Assembly (NCBI GenBank): GCA_028534125.1
Contig: CM052817.1
Span: 91,824,001-91,888,000, forward strand
Source: Lama glama
Taxonomy: Eukaryota
Direction: 5' to 3'
Length of the DNA: 64,000 nt
In this document: positions 12,713-25,176 of the stretch, one piece after another
Numbering within the stretch: the first letter of the stretch is position 1
Layout of the letters: every line of letters begins with the position of its first letter
Program-made: the position numbers and the translations under genes
Notes under the pieces: generated by a model
The model's database searches: none
Seen by the model: the letters and a program-made list of their open reading frames with translations, nothing else
What the model was told of the DNA's origin: nothing

Positions 12713-13137
12713 TGTGGCAGACACTATGAGCTGCTTAGCTAATATTCCTTTTCCTTTGTTCATTAAAATCCTTATTATATTTGAGGGGGGACTTCCAGCC
12801 TCCCTTGCAGCTGGGGATGGATATGTAAGCTGGTTCTGGCCAAAGAGGTGCATGGAAAGTACGCTGTGAATTTGCAGTTGGCCCTGCTCCCTCTCCTTGT
12901 CCCTTTCTTCTGCTTCCTCAGCCTGGGAGTGCAGGTGTCAGCCAGGTGGTGGAGACACCACCTTGTGACCTTGAGATAACAAGTACAAGGACAAAAGCCA
13001 CTGAGGTGGGAAATATCTGACATCCCGAATCAGTTGCATTTCCTTTCCTCTGGCTTCTCAGTACATGAGGAAAATGAAACATCTTCTTAAATTAACCTAG
13101 GGCTTCTTGCACAGACAGATGTCATCCAAACTGACAC
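12713..13137 (+). mobile_element. MaLR solo LTR (MLT1H/I/J-like)
   Basis: Starts TGTGGCAGAC and ends AACTGACA. Internal CCAGCCTCCCTTGCAGCT..GTTCTGGCCAA and CCACCTTGTGACC. Probable 5-bp TSD CCTAG/CCTAC. Confidence 0.75.
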
Positions 13138-13470
13138 CCTACTAAGGGGCAGAATGAGAACCTAAATGGGATCTCCCTAAGGATGTCGGTCATACACTCT
13201 GATACACTATCATACGATGATACCCTGTGATTCCAGAGTGCCCACAGGCTAGAAAAGCCCTGGACAAGGGGATGGTGGGATTTCTTCAGTTCATATGGGA
13301 GTCTCATAACTTAAGTAATTCTAATTTCTTAGGCTGTTCTGGAATTTGGGTTTGGTCCAGAATCCAGGGAATTGGTTGGCTCTAATCTTCTGTGAATTTT
13401 AGATTACTTACTGATAAATTAGGGAAATCTGACTTACATTACCTGGGATAGTTCTAGATCTCACTGCATT

Positions 13471-13471
13471 C

Positions 13472-13552
<81 letters not shown>

Positions 13553-13608
13553 TTCCTTCCTTCCTTCCTTCCTTCCTTCCTTCCTTCCTTCCTTCCTTCC
13601 TTCCTTTC
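13471..13608. repeat. Compound (TTTC)n(TTCC)n microsatellite at a SINE tail
   Basis: About 135 bp of pure pyrimidine tetranucleotide repeats, seen directly. Confidence 0.95.
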
Positions 13609-13726
13609 TAAGAGTTTTTGTGTGTGGTGGGGTGAGGTAGTTATTTATTTACTTATTTTTAGAAGAGGTACTGGGGGTTGAACCGAGGACCTTGTATATG
13701 CTAAGCATGCAGCCTACCACCTCCCC
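13609..13726 (-). mobile_element. vic-1-type camelid SINE (tRNA-Ala-derived)
   Basis: The minus strand reads GGTAGGCTGCATGCTTAGCATATACAAGGTCCTCGGTTCAACCCCCAGTACCTC. TCACTGCATT is repeated at 13461-13470 and 13732-13741. Confidence 0.9.
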
Positions 13727-13887
13727 TACTTTCACTGCATTTCTTAAGAGTATTCTGATGCAGACCCACAGCACTATTGCAGCCCCAAGTGGACATACTC
13801 CAGGACAAGGGACCTGCCAAGTAACCCAGACAGTTTTATTTTGATGAATATAGAAACAGTGTATCCTTAGAAACAAAGAGTCCGCTC

Positions 13888-15584
13888 AGGAATTGCAGTT
13901 AAGCATGGCAGATTGAATACATGTTTATCTCCACTTCTTTTCTATCTTACCTCCTTACACGCCACAAAAACGACAAGAGACTGTTTATTTAAAAAAGCAA
14001 AATTCTACATAGAGAGAATAGGAAAGGAGCCAAAAGCAGAGATATGAGATGTCAACATAATTTTGGAAACTGGAAAGCAGATGAATGAGTGGTTACTAAT
14101 TTAGGAGAACAGAAAAAGCTAAAATCTAAACTTCAACAAGGGAAAGCTAAGAAGGAGCTAATATATATTAAGAATCTTTAAAAGCTCAGAAATTGGAGGT
14201 ACTAGATACTTCTGACGATGTGGTATAAATGGGGCTAAAATATAGAAGGGTTGGTTGAAAGTCTGTATAAAAAGCATTAGACTCTGAGATCCTTTTCCTC
14301 CTATGCATGGCCAGGCAACTACTTCTTCTCCAGCCTGAAAGAGTGGGTGGTTTCCTCTTTGTAGAAGTAGAAGCGGAGGGGTCTGGCCCATGGACACAAA
14401 GCAAAGTTGAAGGGGGTTGCTATACTGGAAATAAGGAAATTAAATGGAAATCTACAAGTCAGTGGTGAGACAACTTTACCCTACTCCACATCCTTCCTTC
14501 GCTTGGCTTCAAGAACCACGGCAGCCAGTCATATATCTCCTAGACAGAAGATCAGCAGACTCCTCTCAAGGGAAATTAACCAGCCCAAGAGAAATGACTA
14601 ACAGATCTTGGATGTCCCATGGCTGGGTTCCAGGCCAATCATCACCACTTGAAAGACATATAAACATAGGACTCCCAGTTACTGTTAATACTTTCCTCTT
14701 AACACTGAATATACAGGCAATATCTCCTCACATTGGAGGAGAGCCTCTAACATCAAATCCCGAGTCCAAATAAATGAACAAGAGAAAATAGAGACAGTAA
14801 AGGCAACAGGTGGACACTTAAAAAATCATTAATATATTCTTGGAAAAAATGTATTGAACCTATGAATTAAGAACAAGATGGCATAAACATTTAGAAAGTT
14901 AAAACAAAGCTTTTATAAATTAAAAGTATGGTTGAGAAATAATATCAAACTAAAAGTAAGAAGGTGAGGTGAAGAAATTTTTGAAAAGTAAAACAAAAGT
15001 CAAAGAGATGGAAAATGAAGAAAAAAAAAATAAGAAAATAAAGGATCAGTCCAGAAGGTACAACATCCAAATAATAAGAAGTTCAGGAAGAAGAGAAAAC
15101 AGAGTGGAGGAAATTATCAGTAAAATCACACAAGAAGATTTCCCAGAACTAAAGGACATGAGTTTCCATATTGAAAGGGCCTAGAAAATTCCCTGAACAA
15201 CGAATACAAAGAAAGCCACAATAGGGTACATCACTGTGAAATTTCAGAAAGTCAAGAATTTAAAAAAATTCTGTAAGTTTCCAAAAGGTGGGAATTAGAA
15301 TGGCAACAGCCATTTTAACAGCAACCTTAAAAGCGAGAAGAAAATGCATTCAGTGCTTCAAAACTCCTTCTGAGAGTTATTTATAGCCTAGAATCCTATA
15401 TCCCGTCAGATAAGAGAGAAGAATAAAGCTATTTTCATACATGCAGGCCTCAAAAATTCACCTCTCATGTAAATTCATGAGTTCTTAGGCAGTTATTAGA
15501 GGATACATTGCACTAAAATGAGGACTAAGCCAAGCCTGAGAAGACTTGGGATCCATGAACCAGGGATCCAACCTGGGAGTGATA

Positions 15585-15626
<42 letters not shown>

Positions 15627-15965
15627 TTTCACCAGAAGTTGGGATATAAGGATAATTGGAAAGAGAGAGGAAGATGAAGCATGTTGGAGAGGTAGAAGGG
15701 TAAGTGAGCTAAATCCGTATTTTCCATGGTAAGGCATCAACAGGTAATATCTAAAACATGATAATCAAAAGATAACTGGAGAAACACGTTATTTAAAAAT
15801 ACAGAGGTTCATACCAGCAGAAACAGCTAGAATATGTTAAAGCTTTGAGGAACAGACATCAGGAAGGGAAGAGGGGTCGGGTAGGCAGGGTTGCCACTTT
15901 CCATCATATAAACTGTACAGAACTGTGTGACATCTCAGATTATGAAACCATATTACTGTGATAGA
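13888..15965 (+). mobile_element. HAL1 (half-L1) element, near full length, with decayed ORF1
   Basis: 5' end CAGTTAAGCATGGCAGATTGAA. ORF 14969-15184 gives an L1-ORF1p-like peptide (DQSRRYNIQII..EIISKITQEDFPELKDMSFHIERA). No ORF2 follows before a 3'-UTR-like end. Contains (CA)n at about 15586-15624. Confidence 0.75.
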
Positions 15966-16914
15966 CACTGCAGTCAGTGACAAAACAAGAGAGCCAACTA
16001 GTTACCACTGAGCACCTACACAGGATGAAGGATACTGAATATGTCTAATTCCCTCAGGCTTTGGAAGCCATCCCGAGGGTGTTTCCTGTCCCAGGGGAAC
16101 ATTTCAATGCCCACAAGCTGGTGCCTAAGCTTCTCTGAGTCCTGACTTGTGGCTGTTGTGTAGATACAACCGCATTGTGGTGAACTGTGGTTCAGATAAT
16201 TTTTGGTATAGCTCTGAAAGGTGGGCAGTACAACCACCCTAGACTTGACCAGCCAGAGTGATCATATGGGGGCTCTCAGAGTTGCTGGGAGTTTCCTGAG
16301 GACTTTGTGGATCCCACCTGCACCTGGGCTCCATGACCCTCCATTGGCTGCTCCACTGGACCCTCCCGTGGACTGTTGCCATGTGAGCCCAGCAGCTGGC
16401 CTTCCTTCCCGCCTCCAGTCAAGGGGGCAGGGCTGGAAGTCAGAGAAGGATCCAAGTGCTGGAAGACAAAGGGAGAACTTCCACAGAGAGATTTCTATGC
16501 AGTTTCCATGGCTCTGTTATTGAAATGAAAGAGTATCATTAGGGTTTAGAGACTAATGAGGTAGCATCAGATAAGTTAAGGAAAAGTCACCATCTATAAA
16601 ATATCGTCACTTGGAGAAGAAGTAAGGGCGTTTGGATTTAGACCACATGAGAACCCAAACCTAATTTTGATGAAATGAGATGAAAAATTCTGGCCATATA
16701 GGCAAGGCAGATTGGAAAGTGGGAAAGCTGGACTTTTCGATGAAAGGCAAAGAGGTCTGTTCTGTAACTTGGTGTCTATCTAAGTGTCCATAAAATGGGT
16801 GGCTTGTAAATTCAGAAGTAAGGGAAGGTAAAATCCTGAAGTGTACTGTGCTTGTTGAAAGAAAACTCTTTTGAGGACTGAATCTTTGCTCTTAAAAGAG
16901 GTAATTATGGCCTG

Positions 16915-17185
16915 TGGAATAATAAAAGCCAACATTTATTGAGAACTTACTATGTGCAAGACATTGTTTTAAGCACTTTATAAACATCTGCTTATTTAAT
17001 TCTCAAGATAATTCTATGAGATACGTACTATGATGTATGTATGAGAGGTAAAAAGTCTCCATTTTATAGAAGGGAAAATTAAGAATCAAAGAAATCAAGT
17101 AACTAGTCCAAGGTTACAGGTAATAAGTGGCAGAGTGGAATTCAAATCCAGACTCCAAAAACCCAGGCTCTTAATTTACATCATC
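16915..17185 (-). mobile_element. MIR SINE, near full length
   Basis: AACATTTATTGAGAACTTACTATGTGCAAGACATTGTTTTAAGCACTTT...CCATTTTATAGA..GTAACTAGTCCAAGGTTACA..AAGTGGCAGAG. Confidence 0.85.
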
Positions 17186-18969
17186 TCTATAAATGATAAA
17201 ATTAAGTGATGATAATAAACAAATGATAAAATAATTATCAGAAGCCTAGATAGGAAAAGGTATTTGGCATCAATGGTGCAATCTTTACAAGTAATATTTT
17301 TCACAGGTCATATTCTGTTTTTATGGATTCCAGCTCAGGCTTCCAGAATTCAACTGGGATAAAGTTAAAAGTTTCAGTTCAAAACTGAAGATGAGCTTCA
17401 GATCAGGGCTCCCTCCCTTGCCTGCAATTTATCCTAGATCTCAAGAGATAAACAATAGCTTGCGTGGTAAGACAGCAACAATAAGGATGACATAATAAAT
17501 AACACTTATAACGTGTGAACCCTTGTGTCACTAGAAGAAAAAAGAAACCACTTGTCGTATCGAATGGTAGAAATATCACATCTGTGCATATATTCACCTT
17601 AGCCCCTGTATAATTCAAGGCTGCCAAGCTCTGAGACCTAGAAATGGTGAGTCAGTCGGGAGGGGAGAGAGGGTGGGGGGAGCGAAGATAAAAATAGAGA
17701 TGTTGATTGCATTGTTACTAATTCAGTTGAGCTCAAACAGCCCCAGCCTGGTGAGTCAACGGCAATGGCAAGAAGACACCAGAAAGAAAGAGGCCCGATG
17801 CTCTGTGGGGCTGAGCGGAGGGGATAAAGACGGATGCAGACGGCCACATCAGTAACTTTCTGCCATGGCGAGGCCAACAGCATTGAGGCTGTGGTGTCAG
17901 TTCAAAAACAAACAAGTGGAAGGTGCTGAGGGATAAAATGGGCTCAAATCGATGAGCAGCAGTGCCGCTGACCCTCTGGTAAAAAGCTGCCTTTTGTAAG
18001 AAGCCCCTGATTGTGGGGGATGGGGCCTGCAGACCGAGAGCCTCAGAGGCCAACTTCCAGTGTTCAGACAGAGTATTGTTTCCTCTGGGGTGTAAGGCTT
18101 ACTGCGATTCCAGACAAGTCGCCATGGCAGCGGTGGGGGAGGGAGAGAGGGAAGGAGGAACAGATGGGGGTCACCAAGGTCCTGATTCTCATGCAAGGGC
18201 CCCCTGCTCTCCCCTTCCCCCTTGAGGGGTCCAGTGTGGAGCTGCTGCTTCCCTTGCTACTCCACGACGTCAGTCCAATTCCAGTTAACAGAAATTTGTG
18301 AGTGCCTACTACGTGTGGGTCTTTCACTTCTCATTAACATCAGCTCGTACAAAAACACTCTACTTCTACCTAATATGAAAACTGAAATGGGAAAAAGACC
18401 TAGTTTCCACACTCTCAAAGTTTATCTTTTCCTATTCCCAAACCTATATGGAGAGAGAGGTTAAAGATACATAGTTATATACATGGAATATAGTGAATGA
18501 ATATATATGAATTTGATTGTGGTCCCCACATGCTAAACTTATATTTCAATTAGAAAGAATGACGTAGTCCTTTAACATCCTTAGACTTACTGTGATGGTC
18601 TTCCTCTAGTTTCTTGCCTACATATAACACTGCTAGGTCCATCTTCCCAAAACATACCTACCTACTTGATGCAATCCTGCCTACCTTCAATGGTGGTCTG
18701 AAATTATTAGCTAGGAATTCAAGATCTACCATAGCTGGTCCCATTCTCCTACTAAACTTCCTCTATCTCAAATGCTTCCATGTTCTGGGAAGGGTGTAAT
18801 AGGTAGAATGAATGAGTAAATGAATGGATACATACATAAATAAGAAAACAGGCAAAGAAACCTCAGAAAACTCAGTTCCATTTTGATCCTTTGGCTCAGG
18901 TAGTTACCAAAACTCCCACTCAAAATTACTTTTTCCTAGCTTTCATCCATCCAGTTTCTACCAAGGTCT

Positions 18970-20040
18970 AGATCATATCTCAAAGGTTCCTCAAACTTAA
19001 TACAATCCAAATGGACTGCATGATCTTCATCCTCTGTATCTCAGCGACAGAAACCCCCACCATCAGTCTAGATTCACAAGCCAGAAAGCAGGGCTCCATC
19101 CTGAAGCATCTTTCTCTCTCAGTCCCTATTTCAGAATTTTGCTAAAGCCCTTCCATTGTCACCTCCGGAATATATCTCAATCCCATTCACTTCCCTTTGT
19201 CTCAATATCCTATCACTCTATTCTATCAGCTTTCAAATTAGAGGGCTTATGTCTACTTGCTCTATTAGTTCTCCCCTCTGTGGTCAGAAGGATGTTTTCA
19301 CAATGCAGTGTGAGTATATCCCACTCCTGCTTAAAACTCCCCAGTGGCTTTCATGGCTCTCAGGACAGAGGGCAGCATCCCTATGACGGGCCTTGAAGCA
19401 ATCTCACCCCGGTGTGTCTCCCAGCCTCATGCCACCCTGCTATTCTCTCTGCGGGGCCTCCTGGCACCTCCACCTCTCGCCATCTTCCTCCAGCCTTGGG
19501 GCCTCAAACACTATTTCTCCAAGCTGGAATGCCCTGCCCTCCGTCCCACCCCATCCTGCCTCATTTCCTGCTGCAGTGGTTCTCAGACTTCAGGGTCCTT
19601 CACAATCATCTGGAGGGCTAGGATAAAACCCAGAATGCTGGGCCCCACTCCCAGAGTTTTTGATTCAGTGGGTCTGGGGTGGGACCTGATCATCTGCAGT
19701 TCTAACAAGTCACCAGGTGATGCTGATGCTGCTGGTCCTGGAACTATACTGCCCTACTTACCTTCTCCTTGTTTTCTAGATCTCTGAGAAGCCTTCCCCG
19801 ACTGTCCTGCCCTTTGCTAGGCTATACCTGTTCATGGCCACCTGTACACGTCCTTCCTAACACCTGTCTTCATCCTGGGCTGTAATTATGTATATGTGTA
19901 GTTATTTCACTAATGTCTATCTTTGTGTTAGACTCCTGGGCATGAGGTTAGGGACCATCTCTGTTTTGTTCAGCATCCTGTCCCCATCGACTACTGAGTA
20001 CCTGGCACATAGTGTGTGCTCAATAAATATTTGCTAAGTG
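18970..20040 (+). mobile_element. LINE-2 3' region, split by MER5A
   Basis: L2 motifs (CCACTCCTGCTTAAAACTCCCCAGTGGCTT, CTGGAATGCCCT, GAAGCCTTCCC) and the L2 terminus CCTGGCACATAGTGTGTGCTCAATAAATATTTG. Confidence 0.85.
19574..19750. mobile_element. MER5A (hAT-Charlie) nested in L2
   Basis: CAGTGGTTCTCA...GCTGGGCCCCACTCCCAGAGTTTTTGATTCAGTGGGTCTGGGGTGGG...TCTAACAAGT..CCAGGTGATGCTGATGCTGCTGGTCC. Confidence 0.9.
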
Positions 20041-20078
20041 TAGACTAATCTCTTCTATGGTGTTTCCTTTAGTTATCC

Positions 20079-20607
20079 TGTGCTGGTTAAATTTCTCTGT
20101 TGACGTGACTGGCCTACTTGACTGGCCTAAGGGACTCCCAGATAGTTGATAAAACATTATTTCTGGGTGTGTCCGTGAAGGTGTTTCCAGATGAGATTAG
20201 CATTTGAAGCAGTAGACTGAGTAAAGAAGATCCCTCTTACCAATTTGGGTGGGCATCATCCAACCCACTGAGGGTCAGAATAGAACAATAATGTGGAGGA
20301 AGGGCCAATTCGCCCTCTCTGTTTTAGCTGGGACAGCCATCTCTCCTGCCCTTGGACTTGGCACTCCTGGTTCTCGGGCCTTGGACTCTGACTGGGACTC
20401 AGACCATCAGCCCCCTTGATTCTCAGGCCTTGAGACTGCGACTGAATAACACCACCAGCTTTCCTGGTTGGCCAGTTTGCAGATGGCAGATTGTGGGGCT
20501 TCCCGGCCTTCATAACCATGTGAACCAATTCCTATAATGGATCTCCTCTTACACGTGTATCAGTATCTATATCCTCTTGATTCTTTTCTCTGGAGAACCC
20601 TAATGCC
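20079..20607 (+). mobile_element. MLT2 (ERVL) solo LTR
   Basis: Starts TGTGCTGGTTAA. Contains AAAACATTATTTCTGGGTGTGTCCGTGAAGGTGTTTCCAGATGAGATTAGCATTTGAA and ends CTGGAGAACCCTAAT. Probable TSD TATCC/TATGC. Confidence 0.9.
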
Positions 20608-20929
20608 TATGCATGATGATTTAACTTACAAGAAGCCCATCTCACTTCACAGTTGATAGACTCTAGAGCGTCCCTAGAGTAGGAAAAGCATCAAATAGTG
20701 CTGAATGCCAGTAATACCTGACCGATGTCAGAACCAGAGAAGCTGTTTACAAAAGCTACTAGTGCTTTTGTGAGGCCCACTTCCTTGTGACTGAATTAGG
20801 CAGCTACCCAGCTATACTGCATGAATGATGGCAATCAGCTCCCACCAGGGCCTCCTCCAAGGCCAGGGAGAAACCCTGCAGAGAAAGGTGCAGACCCAGC
20901 ATCCCTTTGGTTTCCTGGTTAAGAAGGGC

Positions 20930-21080
20930 CTCCAGTCTTGGTTTCCTATCAGCAAAACAGGGATAATGATAGTACTTAAACCTCATAAGGTTGCTGCGAT
21001 GACCCAGTGGGATGTCATATGGAAAGAACGTGGTGTGGTGCCCAGAATATAGCAAATACTCAAATATGTTGCTGTTATTA
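20930..21080 (+). mobile_element. MIR SINE fragment
   Basis: GGTTTCCTATCAGCAAAACAGGGATAATGATAGTACTT..CCTCATAAGGTTGCTG...ACTCAAATATGTTGCTGTTATT. Confidence 0.75.
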
Positions 21081-21229
21081 CGGGTTGGTATTGCAGCAGC
21101 CTTGGCAATCTGGGTCTTTTAGGACTAGTCTAATTTCAAATATTCTGTCCCCAGGTCACATTTCTTAACATTTTTGGTCTGGAAAACATGGTTGCACATA
21201 TCTTAATATTCATATTCTATTCTATATTT

Positions 21230-21710
21230 GACCAAATTCAGCCAGTGTGTGTTAATGACTACTGTATGAGGTCATCTGGTTTGGCATCTGTCAGAGGCAT
21301 TCACAGGTGAGTAACAATCTAACGGGGGAGAGAAACATAAATAACCAGCTCAAATGTAAGGCAGAATGAAATAAACAAGAGATGAGGGCACCTATGAAAG
21401 TCTACAGCTAAGGAAAGGGAAGTCAGATCATGTCTGACTGAGGCGGTGTCTGACTGGACCTGGAAAGCAGAGAGTGATCTTGATGAGCAAAGAAGCAGAG
21501 CGTTTCAGGTCATTCCAAGCCAAGGGAATGTAACTGGCTGAGGCTCTGACTCCCTTAAGTGCATGGCTGACTCAGGGTAAAGGGAAAAAAACAGAATGCC
21601 TGCAGAGATGAGAGATACTGAGAGGGAGAGGAAGCTGGAAAGGCATTTGGGGTCAGATTTTGTATAACATAATGCTAAGAAGTTAGCATTTCGTTCCATG
21701 GGTAACATGG
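21230..21710 (-). mobile_element. LINE-2 fragments
   Basis: Degenerate reverse L2 motifs (GCATTCACAGG..TCTAACGGGGGAG, CATTCCAAGCCAAGGGAA, ATGCTAAGAAGTT). Confidence 0.55.
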
Positions 21711-22809
21711 TTCCAACTGCCTCCCCTATATGACACTGACTTTGTGGGTTACATATTTTCTCAGGTTTGGCTTAGACAGGTAGACAGGTGTGATGTCTCT
21801 AATCCTTTGATCGGCTGGATTCACAAGGCTAGCCCTCCATTTGCCTTTACTTTTGCGGTATTTTTCTCTCAGTTGAGCCATACTGCCAACAGGTAAGCGG
21901 TCACAGGTAGTAATTATGACTTTATTTTCTAACCACTCAAGTGTTCTGAGAGAGATGATTAATTATGAAAGCAAGATTAGCCCAAATATCTAGATGTAAT
22001 TAGGTAGCTTTCTTACTCAGGTCTCTCTCCACTCTAACTCTACTGAGATGTGAAGACTTCCTTCAACTGATTCTTGGTTTTTACATTTTCCCACTTTGTC
22101 AAAATTAGGGGACACGCATGGTCCTCTTCCATAGCTGTCTTCTCACGTGTCAGAGAACCAGCTCATTTCCTTCTGTTTTGACACCCCTGGTAAGAGATGA
22201 TTCTGATGACTTGGGCTTTCTCATTTGGTCCCTGGAGCTGTGCTCAGCACTCCAATGCTCGAACTTTCTCCCTCTCTCTCATTCCTAGGGTAACAGAGAA
22301 ATTGCCTTCTTTCCAGCCACATGAAAGGAAGGTAGTTATGACACCTGCCTCCCAGTCAGCAGTGAATCTCTGACCTGCCATTTTTCTGATCAGGAAAGTC
22401 TGTCAGTCACTTCACCAACTTGTTTTAAGAATCTGGCAAGAAGCAACCATTACACAAACGGCACAGAGATCTCTGCTTTTCTTTGAAAGAGACTGCTTTT
22501 GAAAGAACGCAAAATTGCAAAAACATCAGCTTTTATCAAGTATAACTATAGGTTAAGTGTGTTCTAGGTAAAGGAGAAAATTAAAGAGAAACATAAAGTA
22601 GTTTTAAGGCCAACACTGAGCTATCCTGTCACCAGGAACTTAGGCTGACGAGAGAAAGTATTTCTCCCATAGTTATGATTCTCTCTAGGTTATTTCTTAG
22701 AACCTTTTTCTCCAGATTTTGTTACAGAAAAAAATCCTAACACCTATCCTCCATTTCACTAAACCAAAAATTCAGTTTCAAGTTGTTCACATTCTCAATC
22801 TTCTTAAAA

Positions 22810-23125
22810 TACTGGGATAGATCATATGTAGTTTTATATTCTACCTTTTGTCATTTATTCTGTCATGGCTGTTACCCCATGTTATTAAACATACTTCTAA
22901 AATAACAGCTTTGAAATATTCTTTCAGTTGAATGTACCACAGTTTATTTAAGCAATCCTCTACATTTGGTCATATAGTGCTTCCCCCCTCCCAGTTTTCA
23001 TCACTATAAATAATGCTGCTGTGAACAGCCTTTTATTCAGATACATGTACATATACATATGTTTTCGATCACATCTCTGATTACGTTCTTTGGATAAATT
23101 TAAGTAGAATTGCTGGATCAGGGGA
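22810..23125 (-). mobile_element. Old LINE-1 fragment (L1ME-like)
   Basis: GAATGTACCACAGTTTATTTAAGCAATCC..CCAGTTTTCATCACTATAAATAATGCTGCTGTGAACA..GTAGAATTGCTGGATCA. Confidence 0.8.
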
Positions 23126-23479
23126 CAGGAGTACCTCTGAGGGCTTCTCTATCTACTGCCCACTTCTGTGCCCACTTCCCATGTGTAAAATGTTTGGTGA
23201 CACTGCTTAAAGGTTTCTATGAGAAAATCCACTGTCAAAGCAGCAACTCCTGTTATCACAGCAAATCTACTGTTACCATTATAGGAATGCATTATTTTGT
23301 TTGCTTGACTGGAGCTGATCACTGAATTTCAGTTTAGTTAATTAGATGAACTATATCTACTGCAAAGGTTGTCAAACACATGTATTAGGCAACTTAAGAA
23401 AGCATGGCCCAGCTGCAAGGCATGTCTTTCGACCACACATCAACCAGGAGAACAGAAGAGGCTTTCAGCAGGAGAGTCA

Positions 23480-23690
23480 GGGAACTTGGCCTGGCTGTTA
23501 GAACCCACCCTTTCTGAGTTCAAAGCCTCACTCTGTATCCTGGTAGTTGCAGTGCTGTGAGCCAGGCTCATTTTCCTCATCTGTGTAGTGTGGATAATAG
23601 CACTAAATTCAAACAATGCATGAGGATCAAGTGTGATAAAAAACACTTATCACAGTACCAGATGAATTGTAAACATCCGGGAAGTACTTA
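23480..23690 (+). mobile_element. MIR SINE
   Basis: CTGAGTTCAAAGCC..CTCATTTTCCTCATCTGT..GGATAATAGCAC..TGAGGATCAAGTGTGATAA. Confidence 0.65.
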
Positions 23691-25176
23691 TTTTTCAAAA
23701 TTATTAATTCCATGTTCACAGTTACCCATGGAACATTAACGTTTGGAGAGCAGATGAAACCAGAAATAAACCATCTATCTGGGACCCAAAGTTGCTAGAG
23801 TTCACACAGCTTCCATAGTCCTTTGTGTTGGTAAGGCAATAGAAAGTCAGGATCATCTTCATCATCATGGTGGCAAATAAGGGGTCAGGGGCCCTAGAGA
23901 CAAGACAAAAAGAACAGCTGCTGGGCTATGCCTCCTACTCTGAGCTTATTGCTGAGTTTCTAGTGTGAGTCCTGGGCCTCAGGCCTCCTACCAGCCCCAC
24001 TCTGCCTTTCTGGGCAACAGGTTTCCTGGAGGAAGACTTGAGCCTCATGCTTTTGAGTCTCAGGAGTCCCCTTCCTGGTCCTAGACATATGGGCAGGGCG
24101 TTTCTGCCAGGGTAAGTATTCTCCACACTTAAGCACAGCATCTGCTCCATCAGAAATCCATTCCTTCCTTTTGCTGATCACAAACAGAAAGAAAGCAGCC
24201 ACAGAAGGACACACAGACATCATGATTTGGGCAGGACGGCTGCCTGTGCTGGGGAGCGTGGACACACTTCAGTGATCTGCTCCACATCTCAAACCCTAAT
24301 CAGGAAGGAAGCCAGGAATCCTAATCTCAGTCCCCATTAAAGAGTGGAAAGGCTAATCAAATCTCTATCTGCTTTGCTTTTCAACCAAATCGATGACATC
24401 ACATCATCTTTACAGGGATGCAGGAAGCATAGCACTTACTCTGAAGAACAGAAGAAATGCTTGTCTATTCTCTCTCCCAGGAGTGCTCCAAAATTGGAGG
24501 GGGGTGGGGTGCATGTGGGGGTGTTTGCCTTGATCCTTCCTATTTACCTGTGTGTAGAACATATGTAGGAAGGAAAAAAAAACCCATAATTTTTAAATGA
24601 ATAAAATGGACCAAACATGGGGGACACTTGGACATTCTGTAGTTTTGTATTTGGGTATTAAGGAACTCACAACGCTGGCTTAGTCCTTCTTAGAACATCA
24701 ATAAATAATTCCTCATCAACCAGGTCAGACATTTTAGTAACTGTACCTTGTGATTCTGTGACGATGACCATTGTCAGGAAGAGATAAGCTCATGCTGCAG
24801 GTTACATGATGAACCACTGGCCAAAGCAGAAAAGGAAGCCAGAACTCTAGCTGGGAATCCTGAACTGAACTGGAGGGCCTTAACCATGTCGCCCACCTTC
24901 CACCCTGCACTCTTTCACAGACACACATACAGAGAACCACTGGGCATGGCAGCCCGGGCTGGTGCAGCAAAGAAACCCAGCTGTGGTGGCTGCCACTCAT
25001 GTCACACCTCTCGTGGGTCTGCAGCTTCATGTGTCTGCGGGTGAGTGACGGCCTCACCTGTCGCTTGTGTTTGGTGTGGGCCTGCTCGGGTGGGAGGTGG
25101 CTCCACAGGCGTGGGATTTTTAAGGCATCCGCAGCTCATAAACCCCTTGCCTGGACAGGACCTACCTGCTAGCCTG

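Noticed and set aside
14969..15184. 71-aa ORF as a protein-coding gene
   Set aside because: It is a decayed L1-ORF1-like segment within HAL1, starts at a non-ATG codon and is surrounded by stops.
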